Shown: in pieces, positions 9,351-18,964 of the stretch
Layout of the letters: the number at the start of each line of letters is the position of its first letter
Numbering within the stretch: the first letter of the stretch is position 1
Notes under the pieces: model-generated
What the model saw: the letters and a program-made list of their open reading frames with translations, nothing else
The model's database searches: none
What the model was told of the DNA's origin: nothing
Program-made: the position numbers and the translations under genes
Assembly (NCBI RefSeq): GCF_006345805.1
Contig: NW_021836923.1
Span: 1-22,364 of the forward strand
Source: Octopus sinensis
Taxonomy: Eukaryota
Direction of reading: 5' to 3'
Length of the DNA stretch: 22,364 bases

Positions 9351-9713
9351 TTTGTTTCAGTCATTGGACTGCAGACATGCTGGGGCATCGCCTTGTCGGG
9401 TTTAATCGAATAACTCTGACCTACTACATTTTTTTAAGTAGTTATATTTATTTTATGGCTGTCTTTCGCAGAAACACTAAATTACAGTCGAAGCAATGTC
9501 AAGCAGTATAGGGAACAAAGACAAGCCCACACAGATATACCCACATATCTGCATAAATACGGCGGACTACTTTCAGTTTCTGTCAAACAAATTCACTCAC
9601 AAGGCTTTGGTCAGCCCCGGATTAAAGCAAAAGACATTGGCCGTAGGCGTCACCACGCAGTGGGAAAGAAACCAAGAGACATGATGTGAAAGCAAGCTTC
9701 TAAACCACACAGC
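9351..9713 (-). mobile_element. SINE family B, highly degenerate
   Basis: Tail motif TTTGTTTCAGTCATTGGACTGC and head-side motif TTTCAGTTTCTGTC...CACTCACAAGGCTTTGGTC. Confidence 0.7.
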
Positions 9714-9995
9714 AACCTACGTCGGTTAATTCAACATTTGAATGTTAAATGTAAAATGTAAAGTGGATATTTGTGAGTTTACTAAAGGTTAATTGGATGT
9801 TCGAAGATCGGTACAGGGCAGTCTTAAGGTTAAATGTTGTGTAACTGTATCCTAAATAGCTGTGGCCGGATATGAGGGATATAGACGAAAATATATATTA
9901 ATTTTTAAAATGATAAATGAGAAAACAAATGCAAAAATGCTAATGGAGGATCAAGCAGTTGGATTAATATAGAGCTTGATAATGTATTATTCTTT

Positions 9996-10189
9996 AACTC
10001 TTTTACTTGTTTCAGTCATATAACTGCAGCCATGCTGGAGCACCACCTTAAAGGTTTTTTTTTAGTCGAAAAAATCGACCCCAGGACTTACTCTATCGGT
10101 CTCTTTTGCTGAACCACTAAGTTACGAGGACTTACACGCACCAAAATCAGTTGTCAAACTATGGTGGAGGAAACAAACACAGATACAAA

Positions 10190-10192
<3 letters not shown>
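9996..10192 (-). mobile_element. SINE family B, 3' half (interrupted)
   Basis: Tail ACTCTTTTACTTGTTTCAGTC up to the internal (TA)n tract. The 5' half resumes at 11331. Confidence 0.85.
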
Positions 10193-10258
<66 letters not shown>

Positions 10259-10396
10259 ATATATATAGGGGGGTACACCACCGCTGTATAGCCCTAGGAA
10301 GCATCGACGCCTCCTGATGGCTTTGACACATTTTCCCCTGTGTCCTTATATACATTTACGAAGGGGAGACAAACACCCCCGGCCGCCGGAGCTGCA

Positions 10397-10441
10397 TCTA
10401 GGGATACGTGTTTCAGGATCATTGTCCTTCATCGGCCTAGA
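10397..10441 (-). ncRNA. Minimal type I hammerhead ribozyme motif (copy 1)
   Basis: UCUAGG-CCGAUGA-AGGA-caauga-UCCU-GAAA-CACGUA-UC-CCUAGA: 6-bp helix I, 4-bp helix II, AUC cleavage triplet. Confidence 0.75.
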
Positions 10442-10759
10442 GTAGCAGACACCGGTCAGCTGGCGATATTTGTCTCGACTTCGTATTGAATATATCTATA
10501 ATTCAGTGAAGTCTATTCACTGATTAGCAAAATAAGAAATACTAAATTTCTAAATCTCTCGTAGAGACATGTTCGGTGGTGGGGCGATAGAATGGTTGTA
10601 TACTGTCAATCTAAAACGAACGTGACAGTAGGGGGGTACACCACCGCTGTATAGCCCTAGGAAGAATCGACGCCTCCTGATGGCTTTGACACATTTTTCC
10701 CTGTGTCCTTATATACATTTACGAAGGGAAGACAAACACCCCCGGCCGCCGGAGCTGCA

Positions 10760-10804
10760 TCTAGGGATACGTGTTTCAGGATCATTGTCCTTCATCGGCC
10801 TAGA
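10760..10804 (-). ncRNA. Minimal type I hammerhead ribozyme motif (copy 2)
   Basis: Identical to copy 1, 363 bp away. Confidence 0.75.
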
Positions 10805-11066
10805 GTAGCAGACACCGGTCAGCTGGCGATATTTGTCTCGACTTCGTATTGAATATATCTATAATTCAGTGAAGTCTATTCACTGATTAGCAAAATAAGA
10901 AATACTAAATTTCTAAATCTCTCGTAGAGACATGTTCGGTGGTGGGGCGATAGAATGGTTGTATACTGTCAATCTAAAACGAACGTGACAGTAGGGGGGT
11001 ACACCACCGCTGTATAACCCTAGGAAGCATCGACGCCTCCTGATGGCTTTGACCGGTGTCTGCTAC

Positions 11067-11111
11067 TCTAGGCCGATGAAGGACAATGATCCTGAAACAC
11101 GTGTCCCTAGA
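11067..11111 (+). ncRNA. Minimal type I hammerhead ribozyme motif (copy 3, inverted segment)
   Basis: UCUAGG-CCGAUGA-AGGA-caauga-UCCU-GAAA-CACGUG-UC-CCUAGA: GUC triplet and fully palindromic helix III (ACACGUGU). Confidence 0.8.
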
Positions 11112-11330
11112 TGCAGCTCCGGCGGCCGGGGGTGTTTTTCTCCCCTTCGTAAATGTATATAAGGACACAGGGAAAAATGTGTCAAAGCCATCAGGAGGCG
11201 TCGATGCTTCCTAGGGCTATACTGTCACGTTCGTGTTAGATTGACAGTATACAACCATTCTATCGCCCCACCACCGTACATGTCTCTACGAGAGATTTAG
11301 AAATTTAGTATTTCTTATATATATATATAT

Positions 11331-11482
11331 ACAACGGACTCCTTTCGGTTTCCGTCTACCAAATCCACTTACAAAGCTTTGGTCATCCCGAGACTATAAT
11401 AGAAGACACTTGCCTAAGGTGCCACGCAGTAGGATTCAATTCGAAACCATGGGGTTGGGAAGCAAACTTCTTACTACACACC
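11331..11482 (-). mobile_element. SINE family B, 5' half (interrupted)
   Basis: TTCCGTCTACCAAATCCACTTACAAAGC...GACACTTGCCTAAGGTGCCACGCAG. Continuation of 9996-10192. Confidence 0.85.
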
Positions 11483-11509
11483 AAGGCCTGTGCTTATTGG
11501 CTCAAAATC

Positions 11510-11716
11510 TTGTCACGAGGCCAGAAATTTCGGGGTTGGGGTGGGGCAGGTCAATTACATCGTCCCCAGTGCTCAACTGAGACTTAGTTTATTGACCCCG
11601 AAAATATAAAAAGTGAAGTCGAACTTGGCTGAGTTTGAACTCAGAACGTAAAGACGGATGAAATGCCAATAAGACTTTTACCTGGCACGGTAGCGATTCT
11701 GCCAGATCGCCGCCTT
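11510..11716 (-). mobile_element. SINE family A (A2), degenerate
   Basis: Head AAGGCGGCGATCTGGCAGAATCG, degenerate body and A2 tail. Confidence 0.8.
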
Positions 11717-11750
11717 AAAGCCTGCTAATGCATTGCAAGACAAGATATTA

Positions 11751-11991
11751 CAGTAATCCCTCGCCATACCGCGGTTCACCTATTCTAGTTCACCTATCGC
11801 GATTTATTATTCAAGCTTATGTCGATTTCTCCATGGTGTAAAATAAATATACACAAATTATTAAAATAATAATATTAAAATAATAATAATAAAATATACA
11901 GTACAGCACTGTTTCTACTATCGCGGATTTTCACCTATCGCGGGGATGTAAGCGCTGCAACGTAACACCCGCGATAGTCGATGGATTACTG
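11751..11991. mobile_element. Tc1/mariner (Tigger/pogo-type) MITE
   Basis: TIRs CAGTAATCCCTCG and CGATGGATTACTG (1 mismatch). Left flank TA, right flank CA (probably a mutated TA). Repeated subterminal CTATCGCG motifs around an AT-rich core. Confidence 0.8.
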
Positions 11992-12315
11992 CAGTGTGCT
12001 TTAGCAGTCATTAAGCCATGGATTTGTTACTTGCTTTGGTTAAAACAGAAAAAGACAATTGCTAGGGGTCAGTATAAATTTTGTACAAGTTAATCGGAAT
12101 ATTGCGCGTGAAGTGTTTACGTATATTTATTTTTTCCAAATGAGGACGAACACACGCATACACGTGTTTACATGGGTGTATGTATGTATATGCAACAGTG
12201 TTTGTGTGATGCGCGTGCACGTGTGTGTGTGTATATAAATTATAATACGAAAAAAAACAATGGAATGAACAGGATTTAATCCAAATCTCTACAAATGTTT
12301 CTGTGCTTTAATACC

Positions 12316-12913
12316 TATTTCTTTATTACCCACAAGGGGCTAAACATAGAGGGGACAAACAAGGACAGACATAGGTATTAAGTCGATTACATCGACCCCA
12401 GTGCGTAACTGGTACTTAATTTATCGACCCCGAAAGGATGAAAGGCAAAGTCGACCTCGGCGGAATTTGAACTCAGAACGTAGCGGCAGACGAAATACCT
12501 ATTTCTTTATTACCCACAAGGGGCTAAACACAGAGGGGACAAACAAGGACAGACATGGGATTAAGTCGATTACATCGACCCCAGTGCGTAACTGGTACTT
12601 AATTTATCGACCCCGAAAGAATGAAAGGCAAAGTCGACCTCGGCGGAATTTGAACTCACAACGTAACGGCAGACGAAATACCTATTCTTTATTACCCACA
12701 AGGAGCTAAACACAGAGGGGACAAACAAGGACAGACATAGGTATTAAGTCGATTACATCGACCCCAGTGCGTAACTGGTACTTAATTTATCGACCCCGAA
12801 AGGATGAAATGCAAAGTCGACCTCGGCAGAATTTGAACTCACAACGTAACGACAGACGAAATACCGCTAAGCATTTCGCCCGGCGTGCTAACGTTTCTGC
12901 CAGCTCGCCGCCT
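12316..12913 (-). mobile_element. SINE family A (A1) head-to-tail trimer flanked by one 14-bp TSD
   Basis: One head and three body+tail units (period about 183 bp). TGTGCTTTAATACC at 12302-12315 and 12917-12930. Confidence 0.92.
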
Positions 12914-13079
12914 TTTTGTGCTTTAATACCGCTGATGGTTTCACATATTACGTGCATTATTGTACGAATATGATCCAATGATAGCTGTGTACCTGCACGT
13001 CTTCAGGTATGTGGGTTCGAGTGCGCTGCTGGATCACCTATAGTTTCCCATTGTTTCGTAACCATATTTTATAATCACG

Positions 13080-13420
13080 ACCAAACCACCACCACCACCA
13101 CAACCATCATCATCATCATCATCATCATCGCTACCACGACTACCGCAATCACCACTACCACTACCACCATCATCATCACTACCATCATCGTCGTCACCAC
13201 CGTCACTACCACCACCATCATCATCATCGTCATCATTACCGCTACCACGACTACCGTCATCACCACTACCACTACCACTATCATCATCATCATCACTACC
13301 ATCATCGTCGTCACCACCGTCACTACCACCAACACCATCATCACCATTATCACCACTACCAACGTCACCACTGTGACCAACACCATCATCATTATCACCA
13401 CCACCATCATTATCACTGTG
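13080..13420. repeat. (CAT/CAC/TAC) cryptic trinucleotide tract
   Basis: Directly visible. Confidence 0.9.
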
Positions 13421-13811
13421 TCCTATAATTCTCTTCCTTCCTGCAGTGACAATTTTGTTGATATTTTTTCTTTTTTCTTTTGTTTTTTTTTCTTTTTTGT
13501 TTTGCTTTTTTTTTGTGTCTCTTTTCATCTGAAACCAAAGATGTTGCTGTGACATCTTTGAGAAGATTGAACTGGGATTAAGTAAAGACGATGAAAAAAA
13601 ATGAATGATGGTGAGGGATGATGGTAGACGGAGACGAATGTTCTTGGAAAACCACAGCATGAATAGCAGAAGTTTGAGGGAAAGATTAACAAGAAGGAGG
13701 ATTAAGACGACACGCGCTTATGTTGTAGTAGGGATAAAAAGGAAGACCATGAAGGAGAAAGAGAAGAAAAAGAATGAGAAGTAGAAGAAATGACCATAAG
13801 AAAAAGAATCC

Positions 13812-13812
<1 letters not shown>

Positions 13813-13858
<46 letters not shown>

Positions 13859-14100
13859 AGGTGATGGTGGTGGTGGTGGTGGTAGTAGTAGTAGTAGTAG
13901 CAGCAGTAGTAGTAGTAGTAGCAGTAGTAGTAGTAGTAGTAGTAGCAACAGCTGTAGTAGTAGAGGTGATGGTGGTGGTAGTAGTAGTAGCAGCTGTAGT
14001 AGTGATGGTGGTAGTAGTAGGAGTAGTTGTGGTAGCCGCAGCAGCTGTTGCTGATGATGTTTTTGTACATGCTGTACAAGTAGTACTAACAACAGTTGCT

Positions 14101-14176
<76 letters not shown>
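13813..14176. repeat. (GTA)/(GTG)/(GCA) compound microsatellite
   Basis: Directly visible. Confidence 0.9.
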
Positions 14177-14529
14177 CCGCAGCAGCTGTTGATGACGATG
14201 TTTTTGTACATGCTGTACAAGTTATTTAAATATTGCATTTGCATTGGAGGCCCGGTGCGTCTGCTGCTCGCCTCGCAACTGAGTTCGTAGCTGAGTTCTG
14301 CGCGTAAAGCTCACTCGCTTCCCGACTGAGAACGGCCATAAATCAGTGAGTGAATGGCTGGAAGTTGTCGCCGAGGGAGACCGACGTACAATGAAACAAC
14401 GCACAAAGGTTTTCACTCAAACACACTCATACACATCTCGCACAAACAGGTACCTACACACAAATGCCCATGCACATATGGAGAATCACACTAACACACA
14501 CAAAACACACACAAACACAGATACACATA

Positions 14530-14558
14530 ATGAGAGAGAGGGAGAAGGAAGGAAGGAA

Positions 14559-14589
<31 letters not shown>

Positions 14590-14710
14590 GGAAAGAAAGA
14601 AAGGAGGGAAGAAAAAAGGAAAGAAAGAAAGAACGTGAGGTCTTGGTGGGAATACTAGCTGGCATTGTGACAAACGTGGAGGAAACCGCAGTGAAACTGT
14701 TTTCAAGACT

Positions 14711-14802
<92 letters not shown>

Positions 14803-14837
14803 GGCAGGCAGGCAGGCAGGCAGACAGACAGACAGAC

Positions 14838-14885
<48 letters not shown>

Positions 14886-14927
14886 TGACAGACAGACAGA
14901 CAGACAGACAGACGGACAGACAGACAG
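14530..14927. repeat. (GA)/(GAAA)/(GACA)/(GGCA)/(GATA) compound microsatellites
   Basis: Directly visible, interrupted by about 75 bp of unique sequence at 14634-14710. Confidence 0.9.
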
Positions 14928-14939
14928 ATATTCAATATA

Positions 14940-15115
14940 TATCCGTTTTTCTTCCCTCTCGCCATCTGTTTCCTTTCTGCATCTCTTTCTCTAAAAGAAC
15001 GGTGGTTCGAAACGTCAAAGACTTCCATTTTTCCTGAGCGTCAAACTAACATATATTGTTGTTGCCCCAACTATCTCTGTCTTTTGCTTTTGTTCTTTTC
15101 TACAATTCTAAAGCA
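14940..15115 (+). mobile_element. PLE-like terminal fragment with decayed hammerhead-like motif
   Basis: TCTTT-CTCTAAAA-GAAC-GGTG-GTTC-GAAA-CGTC-AAAGA. Homologous to the minus-strand copy at 8325-8480 and followed by (TA)n. Confidence 0.5.
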
Positions 15116-15118
15116 TGC

Positions 15119-15151
<33 letters not shown>

Positions 15152-15217
15152 CTTAGATTGGTCCAGGCCGTGTCTAACTTAATAGCACCACCTGATAGGA
15201 TAATCTAGATCCTTTAT

Positions 15218-15241
15218 ATAGATAGATAGATAGATAGATAT

Positions 15242-15316
<75 letters not shown>

Positions 15317-15335
15317 TGTATGTATGTATGTATGC
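15218..15335. repeat. (GATA)n/(TATG)n microsatellite
   Basis: Directly visible. Confidence 0.95.
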
Positions 15336-15377
15336 TTCGGAATTGTAGAAACGAACAAAAGTAAAATATATATATAT

Positions 15378-15589
15378 TCTTTTATTGTTTTACTTGATTC
15401 AGTCATTTGACTACGGCCATGCTGGAGCACCACCTTTAGTCGAGCAAATCGACCGCAGGATTTGTTCTTTGTAAGCCTACTACTTATTCTATCGGTCCCT
15501 TACCGAATCGCTAAGTTACGTGAACGTAAATACACCCGTATCGGTTGTCAAATGATTGGGGGGGGTCAAACGATTGGGGGGGTCAAACG

Positions 15590-15596
<7 letters not shown>
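15378..15596 (-). mobile_element. SINE family B, 3' half
   Basis: TTTTACTTGATTCAGTCATTTGACTACGGCCATGCTGGAGCACC... up to the (TA)n tract. Confidence 0.88.
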
Positions 15597-15622
<26 letters not shown>

Positions 15623-15627
15623 TATAA

Positions 15628-15674
<47 letters not shown>

Positions 15675-15677
<3 letters not shown>

Positions 15678-16291
15678 GAATGCCGTCCATTTCCAAGGAT
15701 GTTTACCTTAACCATTCTATACTGTTTTCTTTCCCATCCATCTCTAATTCCCTTTTCTCCCCTTCACCGTTTTCTATCTGTCTCTCTCTCTCCCCTCTTT
15801 CTCTTTTTCTTTCTCTCGTTGCTCACACGTGACCATCGTCCATCTTTCTTTACCTCACGTGGCCATCTTTCTTTTCCTGCTCGACGTTCTAAGGACTGGA
15901 TGCCTTCTATCTCTCTGTTCTATCTTTCCTCCTTTCAAAGAAAATATTTCTCCCAGCTATTTTCCTCTCGTTCTGGTCTAACGACCCTCCATGTTTGCTC
16001 TCGTTTCGTTTCCCTGTATGTCTCCACTGTCCTGTTTTGTTCCCAATTTTGACCCTCCATGAATCCAAAATTTTATTTTGGAATTTATGGGAGCAACTGT
16101 GTTCGAAGACTCATATTGCCGTTGAATGCTCGAAATGAGGAATAGATACAGGGCCTACAACTGATGAAGGGTCTTTCTTTGTTTTACTTGTCCTGTTTTC
16201 CATGTTTTTTACTGTCGTTGTTTGCGTATTTAACTTGTTTGTTTTCGTACTTCATGTTGTTTACACAGTTGGTGACGTCCTGTACCCATAT

Positions 16292-16296
<5 letters not shown>
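15675..16296. mobile_element. Unclassified CT-rich interspersed repeat fragment (possibly PLE-derived) next to a (TA)n tract
   Basis: Starts immediately after the SINE's internal (TA)n tract and ends at ATATAC before a (GA)n tract. The PLE assignment is by analogy only. Confidence 0.3.
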
Positions 16297-16328
<32 letters not shown>

Positions 16329-17099
16329 CAGACAGACAGACAGAGACAAAGAAAGAAAGAAAGAAAGAAAGAGTGAGAAGGAAGAGAGAGAGCTTTTGGT
16401 CTTGGACACCAACTTATAATTTGGTCATTAGAGAGAGAGGGGGGAGACAGACAGACAGACAGATAGACAGACTGTCAGACAGACAGAGCATTGGTCAATG
16501 AGGGAGCTGACAACGTTATCGCTTAATTCTCTGAACAGCGGATTAAGTGTGTATGAGACTGAACATTGTGAACATGAGAGAAAATAAGGAACGGAGTGCG
16601 CATGTGTGTATGTATGACTGAATGTGTGCACGTGCGTGAGTGTATGAGAAAGAGAGAGAGAGAGAAAGAGAGAGAGAAGGTATATAGAAGCTGAGGGAGG
16701 AGTGTATATTTGTGAATATGTGATGGATGTGTATGTACCCGCGTGGAATGGTATTCGCTTCTGTGTGTGAGAGGCGAAGAGAGAACGTATGCATGTACAC
16801 GTGATACGAGTGTGTTTGTGAGTGAGAGAGAACTTAATGTTTTTCCGTACATTAAATCGTGCGAGCTTAAGAGAGAGACACCGAAAGGAAGCTAGGAAAA
16901 GTGTGTATGGGCATGTGTGTGAAAGAGAGAGAGAGATTGAAAGAGAAAGAAAGAGAGAGGCGGGAGTTAGTCCCAAAGAAGGAAAGATTATGTCTTCGTC
17001 TTTATGTAAATAACCCTACAGGAGTCAACGCAGGGTCCTGAAGGACTTCAAAAGTCTTCAGTCATGCCGTGAACAAAAATACAGAAACGCGAAATAGCG

Positions 17100-17862
17100 T
17101 TGGTGACGGTTGGCGACGGCGATGGCAAATGTGTTGGTGCTAGTGTTGGTGTGATGGTTATAAGATGGTGTTGGTGGTGGTGGTGGTGTTGGTGGTGGTG
17201 GTGGTGTTGGTGGTGGTGTGTTGGTGGTGGTGGTGATGGTAGTAGACAGCAATGGTGATGATGGTAATTTTAATGGTGATGATGGTAATAGTAGAGTGGT
17301 GATAACAATAACAGTGGTAATGATGGTGGCGGCGATGGCGGCGGTGGTGGTGGTCGTCGTCGTCATCATGGTTTTAATGATGCTGGCGGAGATGGTGGTG
17401 GTGGTGGTTGTGGTGGTGATTGTGGTGGTGGTGTGGTGGTGGTGGTGGTGGTGGTGGTGGTGTGGTGGTGGTTGTGGTGGTGGTGGTGTGGTGGTGGTGG
17501 TCGTGGTGGTGGTGGTGGTCGTGGTGTGGTGGTGGTCGTGGTGGTGGTGGTCGTGGTCGTGGTGGTGGTCGTGGTGGGTGTGGTGGTGGTCGTGGTGGTG
17601 GTGGTGGTGGTCGTGGTGGTGGTCGTGGTGTTGATGATGGTTGTGAGATAGTGACGGTGATGGTAGTAGTAATGTGGTGGTAGTGGTGGTAGTGGTGCAA
17701 TGGTGGTGATGATGGTAGTTGTAGGGATGGTGATAATGGTGCTGGTGAAGATGGTGATGTGGTGGTGATGGTGATGGTGGTTGTGATGTGGTAATGGTAG
17801 TGGTAATAGTGACGATGAAGATGGTGGGGATAATGCTGGTGGTGGTTGTGGTGATGGTGATC
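17100..17862. repeat. (GGT/GAT) low-complexity tract
   Basis: Directly visible. Confidence 0.92.
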
Positions 17863-18325
17863 TGTTTCAGCAGGTGAGATCACATCAACAAGCCAAATAC
17901 TAAAAAAAAAACAACGCTTGTCGTGATTAGAATACGAGTACCACCACCACCACCATCACCATTACACCACCACACCACCACCACCATCTCCACCAGCACC
18001 ATTACACGGTCTACAGATTTTGGGAACAGAAATGTTTCTGTTGAACAGATAAAGGTTTCTGAAGAACTTTTTGCGAGCTGAATATAGACATGCCGTTTGT
18101 CCTCACCAATCTCATCAACATCTTTGTATAGGCACTACCTTGATTTTTCACAAAAAAATATAAATTTCCTCCATTTTGTGCCCTGGTCTGACTTTGGGAG
18201 AACTGAGCCGTGAACAAAGTTTGAGAAATGCTTCATTATCAACCTTCCCTTGCATAAAGTATTGTAAGATTACGAATGTAGTAGGTCTTGTGAATAGATA
18301 GCTTAATTGTAATAAGATTTTGGTC

Positions 18326-18640
18326 GTGGAGGCGCAATGGCCCAGTGGTTAGAGCAGCAGACTCGCGGTCGGAGGATCGCTGTTTCGATTCCTAGACCGG
18401 GCGTTGTGTGTGTTTAGTGAGCGAAAACGCCTAAAAGCTCCGCGACGCTCCGGCAGTGGGTGGGGGTGGCGACCCCTGTTGTACTCTTTCGCCACAACTT
18501 TCTCTCACTCTCTCTTCCTGTTTCTTGAGTAACGCTGCGATGGACTGGCGTCCCGTCCAGCTGGGGGGAACACATACGCCACAGAAACCGGGAAACCGGG
18601 CCCATGAGCCTGGCTAGGCTTGAATAGGGCGAAAAAAAAG
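18326..18640 (+). mobile_element. tRNA-derived SINE family C (tRNA-Arg-like head, V-domain-like segment)
   Basis: A box TGGCCCAGTGG (18338-18348), B box GTTTCGATTCC (18382-18392), GCGATGGACTGGCGTCCCGTCCAG (18537-18560) and an A-rich tail. Probable TSD AGATTTTGGTC / AGATTTTGACC at 18315-18325 and 18647-18657. Confidence 0.85.
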
Positions 18641-18779
18641 GAAAAGAGATTTTGACCAGAAATCTGGATGTCTTTTGCCTACGATAGGGAAATACAAAAG
18701 GAGATACAGAATCTTAAACACAACTAAATCCGCAAATTATAAGCTAAAAGCTGTCAAATGTCATTATTAAGAAACAAAT

Positions 18780-18964
18780 CTCTGAATGTGTTAGCATTGG
18801 GATGTATCTTTTTATACTCCAACAGTAACCAGTCATCATATTCGTATACCGTCATTCCTTAATATCTTGCTTCTATTACCTTCATGTCTGGTGGAATCTG
18901 ACGTCTCCCAAATCCTGTGGAAATCGACTAAAGTGATTAAACTAAAACATGTATCAAAATTCAT
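18780..18964 (-). pseudogene. Decayed transposase C-terminus, probably Chapaev3 (CMC) type
   Basis: With frameshifts the minus strand reads NHFSRFPQDLGDV-RFHQ / DMKVIEARY*G / TNMMTGYCWSIKRYIP. This matches the recalled motif HLD.FPENLG.VSDE.GERFHQD....E.RYQG.W...MM.DYCW..KR. Confidence 0.7.

Larger units (their letters stand above)
10268..11318 (-). mobile_element. Hammerhead-containing 363-bp tandem retroelement (retrozyme or Penelope pseudo-LTR array) with inverted segment
   Basis: Units start at 10268, 10631 and 10994 (third partial); I count 3 substitutions between units 1 and 2. The inverted copy spans about 11050-11318. (TA)n lies on both flanks. Confidence 0.85.

Noticed and set aside
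13536-13560. 9-bp hairpin CAAAGATGT/ACATCTTTG
   Set aside because: A single short stem is expected by chance in 22 kb and has no supporting context.
13034-13660. 208-aa Asp/Gly-rich minus-strand ORF
   Set aside because: Built from T-runs and CAT/CAC repeats; no recognisable protein.
15462-16052. 196-aa hydrophobic ORF
   Set aside because: Reads through a SINE, a (TA)n tract and CT-rich repeat sequence; artefactual.
16161-16200. CTGATGA as a hammerhead core
   Set aside because: No GAAA follows helix II; the upstream GAAA does not give a valid type II arrangement.
17017-17098. Candidate terminal exon after CCCTACAG (SQRRVLKDFKSLQSCREQKYRNAK*)
   Set aside because: Too short and not recognisable; no partner exons could be identified.
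18329-18400. tRNA-Arg gene
   Set aside because: A and B boxes are present but the cloverleaf is degenerate and runs into a SINE body with a tail and TSD. The same applies to family A and B heads.
18880-18914. 35-nt minus-strand micro-exon (CAG|...|GTAATA)
   Set aside because: It lies inside the decayed transposase reading frame, so the splice-like flanks are probably coincidental.
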